Notes under the pieces: model-generated
What the model saw: only the letters and a program-made list of their open reading frames with translations
Told to the model about the DNA's origin: nothing
Database searches by the model: none
Translations under genes and position numbers: made by a program
Shown: piece by piece, positions 31,787 through 41,512 of the stretch
Layout: the number at the start of each line of letters is the position of its first letter
How positions within the stretch are numbered: position 1 is the first letter of the stretch
Assembly: GCA_048499955.1 (NCBI GenBank)
Contig: JASNYX010000002.1
Coordinates: 68,513 to 132,512 of the forward strand
DNA length: 64,000 bases
Direction of reading: 5' to 3'
Origin: Patescibacteria group bacterium
GTDB lineage: Bacteria > Patescibacteriota > WWE3 > 2-01-FULL-39-13

Positions 31787-33340
31787 TTAACGGACCTTCG
31801 GAGTGTGATAAAGATTTTTGAGTTTTTTTCCAAACATCACACGCGTCTGTGCATCTATAAACGGTATAAAAGAAAATGTTAATAAATTGACGATCATCAG
31901 TGGAACTTCTACCAGAATGATTGCTCTTTTCCAAAGCGGCCATTCTTTTGGCATAGGAGCAGATAACTTATATCTCAATATCACTGCAGGAACCAAAAAT
32001 GCCATAGCAATCGTCAGTATAAAACTTGTAATAGGAGGTAAAGCATATGCGTAAGAACTTTGCCTAAACTCCGGATTAATCGACGAGGCAATTGTAAAAC
32101 CGAACGTCAAAACGTACGCCGTATTTATCAGCAGAACCCTTTTTCTAAAATGCTCGAACATCCAAGTAACCTTTGATGTAAGTGGAATCCTGTTATTAAC
32201 AAGAAACTCTTTAACCGACAACGGAAAATCTATAACACCGTAACCCCACCTTAGTAGCTGTTTATATAAACTTCGATATGAATCAACATAATTTTTGCCT
32301 TCTACAGCATCCGAAGAGAATGGAATAAAATGACTTACGCCTTTAAAAACACCATCGTAATATATAAACGCTCTCCAATAGAAAATAGTGTCATCAACGC
32401 CAAGCGTCACATCCCAATAATCAATGTTTACCAGAGTTTGCAATGAAGCCGAATAGCATGAAAAAGTATCTTTAAACTCAACCTCATTTTCGGAAAGCAC
32501 CCAATCTGCAATAGTTCCCAGAGTAATAAAATAAGTCTCAATACGCATCAACGCCGGTACTCTCCACAAATTATTGTTAAATAGGTAAACAGCACTCGAA
32601 AAATATTTACGATCCCGATCACCTAAGGTCAAATATTGATAAGTAATTCTCGACAAAAAGTGTTTACTTAAAACATGGTCGCAATCGATAGTCGTAAATA
32701 AATAATTTCTAATATTCATTCCACGTTTTTCCATCTCGATGACAGCATTTCTTGCACCCCAAGTTCTATTTGCTGCACCTGCTCCGATAGCTTCACCTTC
32801 AATACCGGCAGGATGCACAAAAATCATTACATCTTCAAATTTATGTTTACGGGTTTCCAGTAACTTATTTAGACGGATTTTTACATCTTCTGAATACTTT
32901 TCTTCTACAGTAAAAACAGCCAAAATCTTTTCACTAGGATACGACTGGTTAAGAAGTGCATCCATCATAGGCTCAAGAACATCATCCGGCTCATTAACCA
33001 TCGGCACTAAAACAAAATGCTTCATCTCATCTAGGCTTGGAGGGAGTGATTCTTTATCCGGTAAAGTTGAAAAGTCCAACTTTTCGCATTTTTCATTCCA
33101 GTCTATTGAATTCTCTCTTTTGAATCTTCGGTAACCGAAAATTCCACCGATAGTACCTCGAAAAGCAAGATAGAACCAATAAATCGTAACGAATGTTGTA
33201 ATATAAACAACGCCTTTTGGATACAAAAACCCCAACCAAACCGGCGATAGAATGAAAATCCAGGTTGATAACCCTGGGATTATCTCTAGAATCCTCGTAA
33301 CAAGGTAATCATTTTTTCTTACGAAATCAGCTACACTCAT
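31787..33340 (-). CDS. Membrane-bound processive-type GT2 glycosyltransferase
   Basis: DCD, VDD, QLLRW (D,D,D,QxxRW) flanked by N- and C-terminal TM helices. Confidence 0.8.
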   Translation of the reverse strand: MSVADFVRKNDYLVTRILEIIPGLSTWIFILSPVWLGFLYPKGVVYITTFVTIYWFYLAFRGTIGGIFGYRRFKRENSIDWNEKCEKLDFSTLPDKESLPPSLDEMKHFVLVPMVNEPDDVLEPMMDALLNQSYPSEKILAVFTVEEKYSEDVKIRLNKLLETRKHKFEDVMIFVHPAGIEGEAIGAGAANRTWGARNAVIEMEKRGMNIRNYLFTTIDCDHVLSKHFLSRITYQYLTLGDRDRKYFSSAVYLFNNNLWRVPALMRIETYFITLGTIADWVLSENEVEFKDTFSCYSASLQTLVNIDYWDVTLGVDDTIFYWRAFIYYDGVFKGVSHFIPFSSDAVEGKNYVDSYRSLYKQLLRWGYGVIDFPLSVKEFLVNNRIPLTSKVTWMFEHFRKRVLLINTAYVLTFGFTIASSINPEFRQSSYAYALPPITSFILTIAMAFLVPAVILRYKLSAPMPKEWPLWKRAIILVEVPLMIVNLLTFSFIPFIDAQTRVMFGKKLKNLYHTPKVR

Positions 33341-34551
33341 AAATTTTTTCCGTTTAAAACTTCTAAACCCTCGACCAAAAATTTTCCATCTTTCTGTATG
33401 CTCCGACCATCAATAATTACTTCTCCGCCTCCATATTCAGGAAGCATCATAATTGTTAAGTCCCAGTGAATTGAGCTACGATTTCCATTATCTATATGCA
33501 CAACATTCCCGTTTTCCTCACGGTCTTCGTATGCTTTACCCGGTGTAATGTGAAAACTCCCACCGACTTTCTCGTTCAAAAGAGGATTAAATACGTTTCG
33601 TCGAATTCCGGGATTTGTTCCCAATGCTACTTCACCAAAAAATCTTGCACCTTCATCACGATCCAAAAATTCGTTTAATTCCTGTTGACCTTTTGAAGCT
33701 TTCGCCTCAATGATTTTTCCGTTTTCAACTTTAAAATAGACATCTTCGACAATCTTAGCGTCATGTCCAAGCAATTTTTTGCCCGGAGCAAATAGCTGTC
33801 CGTCAACTGAATCACGCACAGGCGATGAGAAAACTTCTGATCCCGGATAATTATTATCAATAGTTGAGTTAATGAAACCCATACCTTCGATACTCATTTC
33901 AAGGTACGTTCTCTTAGAAACATCAGGGTTATTTGGATCTGCAATTAAAATCAGTTGCCTGGCCTTTCCCAGCATTTCGCAAAGAATTTTTTGAGCTTCC
34001 TCAATCTTATCCCAAGGCTGGTCGCTAGCCTTTGCGAATAACTCCACATATTCTTCCAATGATATGCCCTCGATTTCAGCTTCACTTGGAGTTGGCCAAT
34101 ATACCAATTGCCAGTTCGTATAATTCACACGGTAATCAAGATAAATGGGTTTCATGGCCTGACTATAAAGTGCCATTTTATCGGAAGGAACACCTTTCAT
34201 AATTTCAGGGTCTCGAAGAGCCCTTATCATAAAAACTACATCTGCTTGAGAGATTTCGTTATTAATATGTGAATAATATCTGGAAATATCTCTGTCTCCG
34301 GAATTAGGTAATATTACAGAATCCAGATCCATATCTCTAACCCGATACCAAACTCGACATCCTTTTTCAGCACACAAACGGGAAATTTCTTTAGCAAGTT
34401 GCCGACCACCAATATCATAAATGACCATAACATGATCGCCTTTTTTCACCTTAGCTGCTTGCTCAACCATGTCAGAGGCAACCTTGCTTACAAGCTTTGC
34501 CGAAAATTCAGCTAGCTCAGAGGTTAATGATTTTTCAATAAGCTTTGCCAT
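33337..34551 (-). CDS. Aminopeptidase, M29 family (AmpS/PepS-like)
   Basis: NYPGSEVFSSP, GEVALG, EKVGGSFH, GNRSSIHWD. Confidence 0.9.
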   Translation of the reverse strand: MAKLIEKSLTSELAEFSAKLVSKVASDMVEQAAKVKKGDHVMVIYDIGGRQLAKEISRLCAEKGCRVWYRVRDMDLDSVILPNSGDRDISRYYSHINNEISQADVVFMIRALRDPEIMKGVPSDKMALYSQAMKPIYLDYRVNYTNWQLVYWPTPSEAEIEGISLEEYVELFAKASDQPWDKIEEAQKILCEMLGKARQLILIADPNNPDVSKRTYLEMSIEGMGFINSTIDNNYPGSEVFSSPVRDSVDGQLFAPGKKLLGHDAKIVEDVYFKVENGKIIEAKASKGQQELNEFLDRDEGARFFGEVALGTNPGIRRNVFNPLLNEKVGGSFHITPGKAYEDREENGNVVHIDNGNRSSIHWDLTIMMLPEYGGGEVIIDGRSIQKDGKFLVEGLEVLNGKNL

Positions 34552-34620
34552 ATTAGGGAAATTTTAGCACATAGAGGGAACGAAACTCCGAGTGCAAAAT
34601 CCGAAAAAAATACGATTTAT

Positions 34621-35388
34621 TTAGTAGAATTTCTCATAGTAAATATTATTGGGGCTAACCCCTTTTTCCAGCAATAACATCTCTGTAGAATTAATCATGT
34701 CACCACCACCGCAAATAAAGAATTGGCTCTCAGACAAGATCACGGAGGACAATGATTCAAGATACCTAGTCACATATCCATGATTTACATTTTTTGTTTC
34801 AGGTGATCTGGATAAATAAAGTTGGTAATCTTTGATTAATCCTTTTTCTTTATAGTTCTCAAATAACTGCCTGTAAAAGATATCTGTTTCAAACCGTGTA
34901 CCAAAAATTACATATATATTGTGATTCTTGCTTTCACCAGACAAAATCAACTCCTCAATCATAGATTTCAATGGAGCAATACCGGTTCCTGTAGAAATAA
35001 AGTAAAGATTCTTCTTAAGCTCTTCCGCTAAAACGAATAATCCGATTTGACCGACAAAGTTTATCTTATCAAAGCGCTTTAAGCCTTTAAGAAAGTTCAC
35101 ACCGACACCGTTTGGTTTAGTATCGATAAGAAGTTCGAAATCAGTCCTACTGAAGGCCGGAGCAGAAGAAATTGAATACTGTCTTCTGACATTCGGTTCA
35201 ATAACTAGTGCGATGTACTGTCCGGCTTTGAAATTTAGTTCTCTTGGCTCTAACATTTTAAATTTCATTTCAAGCACGTCTGCTGCGATTTGATTTGCGG
35301 ATTCAAATTGTGCAATTCCGCGTATCGGAGTCGCTTTTAGTGTAGATACTTGATCAGAAGTTTTCGCGGGAAAAACAAGTTTTTTCAT
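34621..35388 (-). CDS. FAD/NAD(P)H-binding ferredoxin-reductase-like oxidoreductase
   Basis: FKAGQY, RRQYSI, STGTGIAP, FFICG, terminal EKFY. Confidence 0.85.
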   Translation of the reverse strand: MKKLVFPAKTSDQVSTLKATPIRGIAQFESANQIAADVLEMKFKMLEPRELNFKAGQYIALVIEPNVRRQYSISSAPAFSRTDFELLIDTKPNGVGVNFLKGLKRFDKINFVGQIGLFVLAEELKKNLYFISTGTGIAPLKSMIEELILSGESKNHNIYVIFGTRFETDIFYRQLFENYKEKGLIKDYQLYLSRSPETKNVNHGYVTRYLESLSSVILSESQFFICGGGDMINSTEMLLLEKGVSPNNIYYEKFY

Positions 35389-35394
35389 GCGTCT

Positions 35395-35646
35395 TTATTT
35401 CGGATAAATTAAATTGCCCTCTTTATCGTAAATCTTTATAGCCAACACGGGGCAACTCATTGCAGCGGTAATAATCTCATCATCGGAATCACCGGTCGGA
35501 TCAACAACAACAGCTTTACCTTCCTCATTAATATGAAATGTATTAGGAGCAAAAGTAGCACACGGCCCTGCTCCGATGCATAAGTCAGAATCAACGATGA
35601 CTTTACCGATTTTTGAATTTTCTTTATTCTTCAGATCCTGATTCAT
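35395..35646 (-). CDS. Monocluster ferredoxin, probably [3Fe-4S]
   Basis: CIGAGPC...SCPVLAI; the second Cys of CxxCxxC is replaced by Ala. Confidence 0.9.
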   Translation of the reverse strand: MNQDLKNKENSKIGKVIVDSDLCIGAGPCATFAPNTFHINEEGKAVVVDPTGDSDDEIITAAMSCPVLAIKIYDKEGNLIYPK

Positions 35647-35875
35647 CTTTCTTATTAATAACCTGATTAATCTCAGAAACTAACTCATCTACTTCCTCTT
35701 CCGACATCCCATGAATTTGTGCTCCTTGTTCAATAGTATCGAAGGCATTTGCAAAGCACCCGACACAGTGAAGCCCGAACGACAATAACACATCAGCAGA
35801 CTCAGGATACCTAAATACCAGATCTGCAATATTAGCATCTTTAGTTATTTTTACTTCTTTTTTTGATGTCGACAT
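35624..35875 (-). CDS. DUF1858 (hybrid-cluster-associated redox/disulfide domain) protein
   Basis: ITKD..IADLV..YP, GLHCVGC, TIEQGAQIHG motifs. Confidence 0.85.
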   Translation of the reverse strand: MSTSKKEVKITKDANIADLVFRYPESADVLLSFGLHCVGCFANAFDTIEQGAQIHGMSEEEVDELVSEINQVINKKDESGSEE

Positions 35876-35901
35876 AAGAATCCCTTCATTATCATTCAAA
35901 C

Positions 35902-37170
35902 TTACTTGCGAGGTCTGGCAAGTCTTTTAACTTTATCCAAACCTGTTATAAGAGAATCAATATCATCTTCCGTATTGTAAAAATACAAACTCATTCTGAC
36001 CGTCGTAGTATTCGGTTGATCCATATGCCAAGGCATTACACAGTGGTGACCGGATCGAACCGCTACACCTTCAGTATCTAAAATAATTGCTACATCATGA
36101 GCTGAAATATTTTTTATATTAAATGGTATTACCCCAATCTTCTTCGTATAATCAGTCGAACCATAAATAATAACATCGTCACGTTTGCTCAATTCATCTA
36201 ACGCATATTTGGCTAGTTTAGTTTCGTGTTCAAAAATTTTCTCCATACCGATGCTATTAAGATAGTTGGCCGCGGCGGCAAGGCCTATGGCCCCGCTCAC
36301 GTTTGGTGTTCCGGCTTCAAGCATTTCAGGCATTTCACCAAAAGTTGTTTTATCAAATGAAACAGACTTAATCATTCCTCCACCTGAATAGAACGGCTTC
36401 ATCTGAGAAAACAACTCACGATTCACCCACAAGACACCGATCCCCATAGGACCGCACATTTTATGTCCGCTAAAGGCAAGAAAATCGCAACCAAGTTTTT
36501 TTACATCAACAGGCATATGAGGCACAGACTGAGATGCATCCACCATAATTTTAGGTAAATGATTTGCACTTTCGGAATCAGTGATTCTCAAAGCTTCTAT
36601 AACACGCTTTTTTATATATTTTTTAATACCTCTAATATCATTAACAACTCCAAGCACATTCGAAGCATGGGTAACTGAGACGAACTTTACTTTTTCCCAA
36701 TTTGTGAAAACTTTTGTAATATCCAGTAACCCTTCTTCGGTTAATGGAATATCCACTAACTCGCATCCGACTTTTTCCGCGACTATCTGCCAGGGAACTA
36801 AATTGGAATGATGCTCGGCTTTCGAGACTAAAATTACATCACCTTGTTTTAAATTATTTAACGCCCAACTGAATGCCACTAAATTTATTGCTTCAGTTGA
36901 ATTTCTGACAAAAACAATTTCCTCGGGTACAACAGCACCAATGAACGAGGCGATTGTTTTACGAGAAATTTCAAACATATCCGTTGATTCTCTACTTAAC
37001 GTATGGGCTCCACGATGAACATTCGCCCGATGCTTTGTTTCGAAATCTACAATAGCGTCAAGTACCTGCTTTGGCATTTGAGATGTTGCGGCATTATCCA
37101 AGTAGACTAATGGCTTACCATTAATTTCTCTATTTAAAATTGGAAAATCTTTACGCCAAATATTTTGCAT
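35902..37170 (-). CDS. sufS: Cysteine desulfurase SufS
   Basis: RKDFPIL, YLDNAATSQ, EHHSNLVPW, FSGHKMCGP, VRSGHHC; start set at MQNIWRK (37170). Confidence 0.95.
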   Translation of the reverse strand: MQNIWRKDFPILNREINGKPLVYLDNAATSQMPKQVLDAIVDFETKHRANVHRGAHTLSRESTDMFEISRKTIASFIGAVVPEEIVFVRNSTEAINLVAFSWALNNLKQGDVILVSKAEHHSNLVPWQIVAEKVGCELVDIPLTEEGLLDITKVFTNWEKVKFVSVTHASNVLGVVNDIRGIKKYIKKRVIEALRITDSESANHLPKIMVDASQSVPHMPVDVKKLGCDFLAFSGHKMCGPMGIGVLWVNRELFSQMKPFYSGGGMIKSVSFDKTTFGEMPEMLEAGTPNVSGAIGLAAAANYLNSIGMEKIFEHETKLAKYALDELSKRDDVIIYGSTDYTKKIGVIPFNIKNISAHDVAIILDTEGVAVRSGHHCVMPWHMDQPNTTTVRMSLYFYNTEDDIDSLITGLDKVKRLARPRK

Positions 37171-37744
37171 ATGCTTTAATTTTTGAAACTTCCTCCATAT
37201 CTTTCGTCTCAAGTTTCGAAATAAAATCCCTAAGAAAGCCACTGATAATCAGCCGCTGAGATTCTTTGGAATTTAATCCACGACTTCTTAAATAATACTC
37301 TTCCAGAAGTTCGATTGTCTTGATGGTAACACCATGAGAAGCTTTTACATCCTGATTCGCGATCTCAAGTTGCGGACTGGAATTAATAATCACATTTTCA
37401 CCCATTACCAAATTATCATTTTTTAAATATGCATCGGAAAGTGAAGCTTCAACTCCAATTTTTATCATTCCTTCAAATTCAAATTTAGCATCACCATCAA
37501 ATAGCCCCTTAACGTGCACCCTAGATCTAGACCCGGGCACAACATGATTCATTGTCGAAATAACTTTTTGATAATCATATCCTGCTCCAACGATCAACAT
37601 ATAAACATTAACTTCCACATTTTCTTCTGTGATTTCAAAATCAAGGTTACTTTCGAAATTATCATATCCGATGATAAAGAAATCCTCATTCGCCTTTAAT
37701 TTAAATTTCTCGTCTTTTGTTTCATTCAACTTAATAATTTTCAT
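37151..37744 (-). CDS. sufD: SufD-like protein (short, 197 aa)
   Basis: SPQLEIANQDVKASHG, YYLRSRG, LIISGF; lies between sufB and sufS. Confidence 0.85.
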   Translation of the reverse strand: MKIIKLNETKDEKFKLKANEDFFIIGYDNFESNLDFEITEENVEVNVYMLIVGAGYDYQKVISTMNHVVPGSRSRVHVKGLFDGDAKFEFEGMIKIGVEASLSDAYLKNDNLVMGENVIINSSPQLEIANQDVKASHGVTIKTIELLEEYYLRSRGLNSKESQRLIISGFLRDFISKLETKDMEEVSKIKAYAKYLA

Positions 37745-37759
37745 ATTTAAATTGGAGGA

Positions 37760-39175
37760 TTAACCTACTGAACCTTCCATCTCCAGTTCAATTAGTCGAT
37801 TTAATTCGTAGGCATATTCCATCGGAAGTTGCTTCACAATTGGGGAGATAAATCCGTTCACAATCAGCGCTGAAGACTCCGCCTCAGACAAACCTCTACT
37901 CATCAGATAGAATAATTGTTCTTCACTAACTTTACTTACGCTCGCCTCGTGCCCAATTTTGACTTTCTTATTGTCGATTTTCATAAACGGATATGTATCT
38001 GTTCTGGAATTTTTATCGAGTAGCAATGCATCACATTCCACATTCGACTTTACATTTTCTGCTTTCTTTATTACTTTTATCAATCCACGGTAGCTTGACC
38101 TTCCATTCCCCTTTGAAACAGATTTCGAAATTACATTTGAAGAAGTATTCGGTGCTAAGTGAACCATTTTGGCTCCTGTGTCCTGGTGTTGTCCGTCTCC
38201 GGCAAATGCCAATGACATAACTTCTCCTGAAGCTCCCGGTTCCATCAAATAAACTGAGGGATACTTCATCGTCACCTTAGAACCAATGTTTCCATCCACC
38301 CATTCCATACGGGCATTCTCATATGCAAAAGCCCTTTTTGTGACGAGGTTATATACAGTCTGGTACCAGTTTTGTATCGTGGTATACCTAAAATGTGCCT
38401 TCTTCTTAACAATCACCTCAACAACCGCCGAATGCAAAGAGTTCGTAGAATACATCGGGGCGGAACATCCTTCTACATAATGACCTTGAGATTCTTCATC
38501 ACAAATAATTAACGTTCTCTCAAATTGCCCTGCATGTGCTGCATTGATTCTGAAATACGCTTGAAGCGGACGATCAACCTTAACGCCTTTCGGAATATAT
38601 ATAAAAGATCCACCTGACCAAACAGCACTATTAAGTGCAGCAAATTTATTATCAGCAGCAGGAACAATTTTCCCAAAGTACTCCTCGAAGTATTCCGGAT
38701 ACTTTTGTAACGCTTCATCTGTTCCTAAGAATATTACACCCTCATCCTCGAGTTCTTTTCTTAAGGATCCGTATACCACTTCTGAATCATATTGGGCTTT
38801 AACACCCGCAAGGAATTCTCTTTCTGCTTGAGGAACTCCTAATCTGTCAAAAGTCGTCTTGACCTCGATAGGGACATCCTCCCATTTACGTTGCTGTTTG
38901 TCTGTCGGCTTAATGTAATAATGTATTTCGTCGAAATTAATATCAGATAAATCAGCTCCCCAAGTAGGCATCTGCTTTGATAAAAATATTTGGTATGCCT
39001 TTAATCTATAATCCAACATCCATTTAGGTTCGTTTTTTCTTTTGGATAACTCTCGAATAACATCCTCATTTAAACCCTTGGGAGACTTGAAAACCGATTT
39101 ATCCGGCATCGAAAATCCCTCTCGGTAACCGCTTGGCTCTTTTAATTTACGTTCCTGTTCAGATAATTGTTTCAT
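37760..39175 (-). CDS. sufB: Fe-S cluster assembly protein SufB
   Basis: [51 protein letters not shown]. Confidence 0.97.
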   Translation of the reverse strand: MKQLSEQERKLKEPSGYREGFSMPDKSVFKSPKGLNEDVIRELSKRKNEPKWMLDYRLKAYQIFLSKQMPTWGADLSDINFDEIHYYIKPTDKQQRKWEDVPIEVKTTFDRLGVPQAEREFLAGVKAQYDSEVVYGSLRKELEDEGVIFLGTDEALQKYPEYFEEYFGKIVPAADNKFAALNSAVWSGGSFIYIPKGVKVDRPLQAYFRINAAHAGQFERTLIICDEESQGHYVEGCSAPMYSTNSLHSAVVEVIVKKKAHFRYTTIQNWYQTVYNLVTKRAFAYENARMEWVDGNIGSKVTMKYPSVYLMEPGASGEVMSLAFAGDGQHQDTGAKMVHLAPNTSSNVISKSVSKGNGRSSYRGLIKVIKKAENVKSNVECDALLLDKNSRTDTYPFMKIDNKKVKIGHEASVSKVSEEQLFYLMSRGLSEAESSALIVNGFISPIVKQLPMEYAYELNRLIELEMEGSVG

Positions 39176-39908
39176 AACCGCTTTCCTCTAAACTTTGAGC
39201 GAGTTCGACTCCCCCACTTTTAACTATTTTCCCCTTCATTAATATATGTACGTGAGTCGGATTTAGATACTCAAGCATTCGATTGTAATGCGTTATCACT
39301 AATATCCCCATGTTATTTCTTTTTGCTAATTCGCTTGCACCTTGAGCTACAATTTTTAATGCGGAAATATCAAGTCCGCTATCAGTTTCATCTAAGATTG
39401 CGTAAGAAGGTCCCAACAACGACATTTGTAAAATTTCCGATTTCTTTTTTTCTCCTCCACTAAATCCTTCGTTAAGATTTCTTAACAGAAATGATTCGTC
39501 CATTTTTAATTCACTCATTTTTTCTTTGATAATCTTTCTGAATCCATATGGAGATGCTTCCTTAAAGCCTGGAGTTCTGTTCTTATTAAGATTATTGTAA
39601 ATAGATCTTAAAAAATCTAAATAACTAAGTCCGGGAATTTCATTCGGATATTGGAACGCCAAAAACAAACCTTTAAGTGCACGCTCATTCGTTTCCATGT
39701 CGGAAATATCTTCCCCATCGAGAATGATTTTTGAACTTTCGGAAACCTCGATTTCAGGATGACCCATTAATGCTAGAGATAAAGTAGATTTGCCGCTACC
39801 GTTTGGCCCCATCAATGCATGAACCTCACCTTTATTTATGACTAAATTAATGTCATCTAGAATGTTTTGTCCTTGTCTGGACGCACTCAAGTTTTTTACT
39901 TCTAACAT
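39159..39908 (-). CDS. sufC: Fe-S cluster assembly ATPase SufC
   Basis: [40 protein letters not shown]. Confidence 0.97.
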   Translation of the reverse strand: MLEVKNLSASRQGQNILDDINLVINKGEVHALMGPNGSGKSTLSLALMGHPEIEVSESSKIILDGEDISDMETNERALKGLFLAFQYPNEIPGLSYLDFLRSIYNNLNKNRTPGFKEASPYGFRKIIKEKMSELKMDESFLLRNLNEGFSGGEKKKSEILQMSLLGPSYAILDETDSGLDISALKIVAQGASELAKRNNMGILVITHYNRMLEYLNPTHVHILMKGKIVKSGGVELAQSLEESGYETII

Positions 39909-39939
39909 AATGTTTTCCAGCAGAAAATTAAACTAAGGG

Positions 39940-40200
39940 CTACAATAAGAAACACTTCTGTTCATCGTGTGGACAATTATATGAAACAGAATAATAAACC
40001 TGACGACCTGCGTTTATCTTAAAAAGAAGGCCTGAATCTTTCATCGCCTTCAAGTGGTAACTTACGGTCGGCTGTCTAAGGTTAACGTGCTTTGTAATCT
40101 CGTTAACATTTGCCTTTCCATTGTTAACAACATATCTATATATATCCATTCTGGATCTAATGCTTAGGTTCTTAAAACACTCTATGCATTGTTTCTTCAT
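39940..40200 (-). CDS. ArsR/SmtB-family regulator with four Cys, first gene of the suf operon
   Basis: LRQPTVSYHLK..L, GRQVYY; CxxC at N-terminus and CxxxxxC at C-terminus. Confidence 0.85.
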   Translation of the reverse strand: MKKQCIECFKNLSIRSRMDIYRYVVNNGKANVNEITKHVNLRQPTVSYHLKAMKDSGLLFKINAGRQVYYSVSYNCPHDEQKCFLL

Positions 40201-40255
40201 ACATAGATGATAATCTATATTACCTTAATTTTCAACCTTATCGATAGCATCTCCC

Positions 40256-40924
40256 CTACCTAGAAAGCCTCCATTTAGTATAGATTCCGGGCAAACCAAG
40301 CTCCAGGTGCTCAATACTTGCAAGAGGAAATGTCTTTAGAATAAGCTCAATAATGTGATTCAGAACAGCTCCTGAAAGACCAAGATGGTCAATAATTATG
40401 GCGAACTTGCTTATGTCCTCAGGCAATTCATACAGTAGCAGATCCTCAATACTTAAAAATTCTAGTTCTTCAGATTTTAAGGTATTACAAATGATCATGT
40501 TTTCAGATTTTTCGTAGAAAAAACAGGAACTCACCTCACCAACATATAAATATAAGATGGATGGCTCTATCACAACTGACAAGCACTGTTTAAAAAATGC
40601 CGATACAAAAGATATCAAGACATGCTTACCGGGTAGTAGCCTATCCAATACAACTTCTAGCCCTTCAATATACTCATTGGTTAACTTATCGGAAACAATA
40701 ACATCAATTCTGTCTAACACTGAAACATTAGAGTAGGTTGAAAAGAAAGTTTTAAGAAACGACTCAGTCCTAAGAACAAGTTCATGCATTGTTAACTGAT
40801 TTTTCATTTTTAGTTTATCTTTGAATTTTTTGTGTCTGATTACTTTGGAAGCAAATGTTTGAAGGTTAATTTTAGATATGCTTATACTCAGTGGACTAAC
40901 ATCCACTACAAGTGCAAATTTCAT
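40256..40924 (-). CDS. Hypothetical protein
   Basis: 222 aa ORF filling the interval; no motif recognised. Confidence 0.5.
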   Translation of the reverse strand: MKFALVVDVSPLSISISKINLQTFASKVIRHKKFKDKLKMKNQLTMHELVLRTESFLKTFFSTYSNVSVLDRIDVIVSDKLTNEYIEGLEVVLDRLLPGKHVLISFVSAFFKQCLSVVIEPSILYLYVGEVSSCFFYEKSENMIICNTLKSEELEFLSIEDLLLYELPEDISKFAIIIDHLGLSGAVLNHIIELILKTFPLASIEHLELGLPGIYTKWRLSR

Positions 40925-40944
40925 TATGATATGATTGAAAAAGA

Positions 40945-41100
40945 GCGATAACTCAACAAGGACCTAAATTTTAGGTCAAACAAAAGAGTATTGCCTATTA
41001 AGGCTCAAAGAATTGGAAATGCTGGCACGCTTAACCTTTCTCGGAGCCGAAGCCCCCCGGTAAAGGGCATATTTATTAGTTACCTCGTTGAGTCTACCAT
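40945..41100 (-). ncRNA. Candidate structured RNA (unassigned)
   Basis: 12-bp closing helix GACUCAACGAGG/CCUUGUUGAGUU, inner GGGGC-UUCG-GCUCC hairpin, GCCU/AGGC and GACCUAA/UUAGGUC hairpins; G-U pairs point to the minus strand. Confidence 0.4.
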
Positions 41101-41128
41101 TTGTAGAATTTACCCTACTAAATGTAGA
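41093..41128. promoter_or_regulatory. Tandem palindromic operator-like sites CTAC-N5-GTAG upstream of the XRE gene
   Basis: TCTACcatttGTAGA (41093-41107) and cCTACtaaatGTAGa (41114-41128), 21 bp apart. Confidence 0.5.
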
Positions 41129-41154
41129 TTCAGAATACACCAAAGTCAGATAAA

Positions 41155-41451
41155 ATGTCAACAAAAGACATTGGGAAAAAAATACGTGAAGCAAGAAATG
41201 AGCTTGGTATATCACAAAAGAAGCTTGGAGAGGCATTAATTATCAGTGAAAAAGCTATCAGCTCTTACGAATCCGGAAGAACCGCTCCTTCAATCCAAAT
41301 TCTTCAGAAGATTGCGAAAAGAACAAACAAGCCAATAACATACTTCACTGATGAACTTACCAAAGAAACATCCCTCATATTCTTACTCGAAAATATAGAG
41401 AACCAGCTTAAGGAAATCAGAAGACTCCTAGAAGAATCGACAAATAATTAG
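41155..41451 (+). CDS. XRE-family HTH transcriptional regulator
   Basis: IGKKIREARNELGISQKKLG...AISSYESGRTAPS; C-terminal amphipathic helix. Confidence 0.9.
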   Translation: MSTKDIGKKIREARNELGISQKKLGEALIISEKAISSYESGRTAPSIQILQKIAKRTNKPITYFTDELTKETSLIFLLENIENQLKEIRRLLEESTNN

Positions 41452-41512
41452 CAAATATCTACCCAGACCATTGAAATTCCCCGCCAGAACAAGATAAGTT
41501 ATAATGGTTTCC

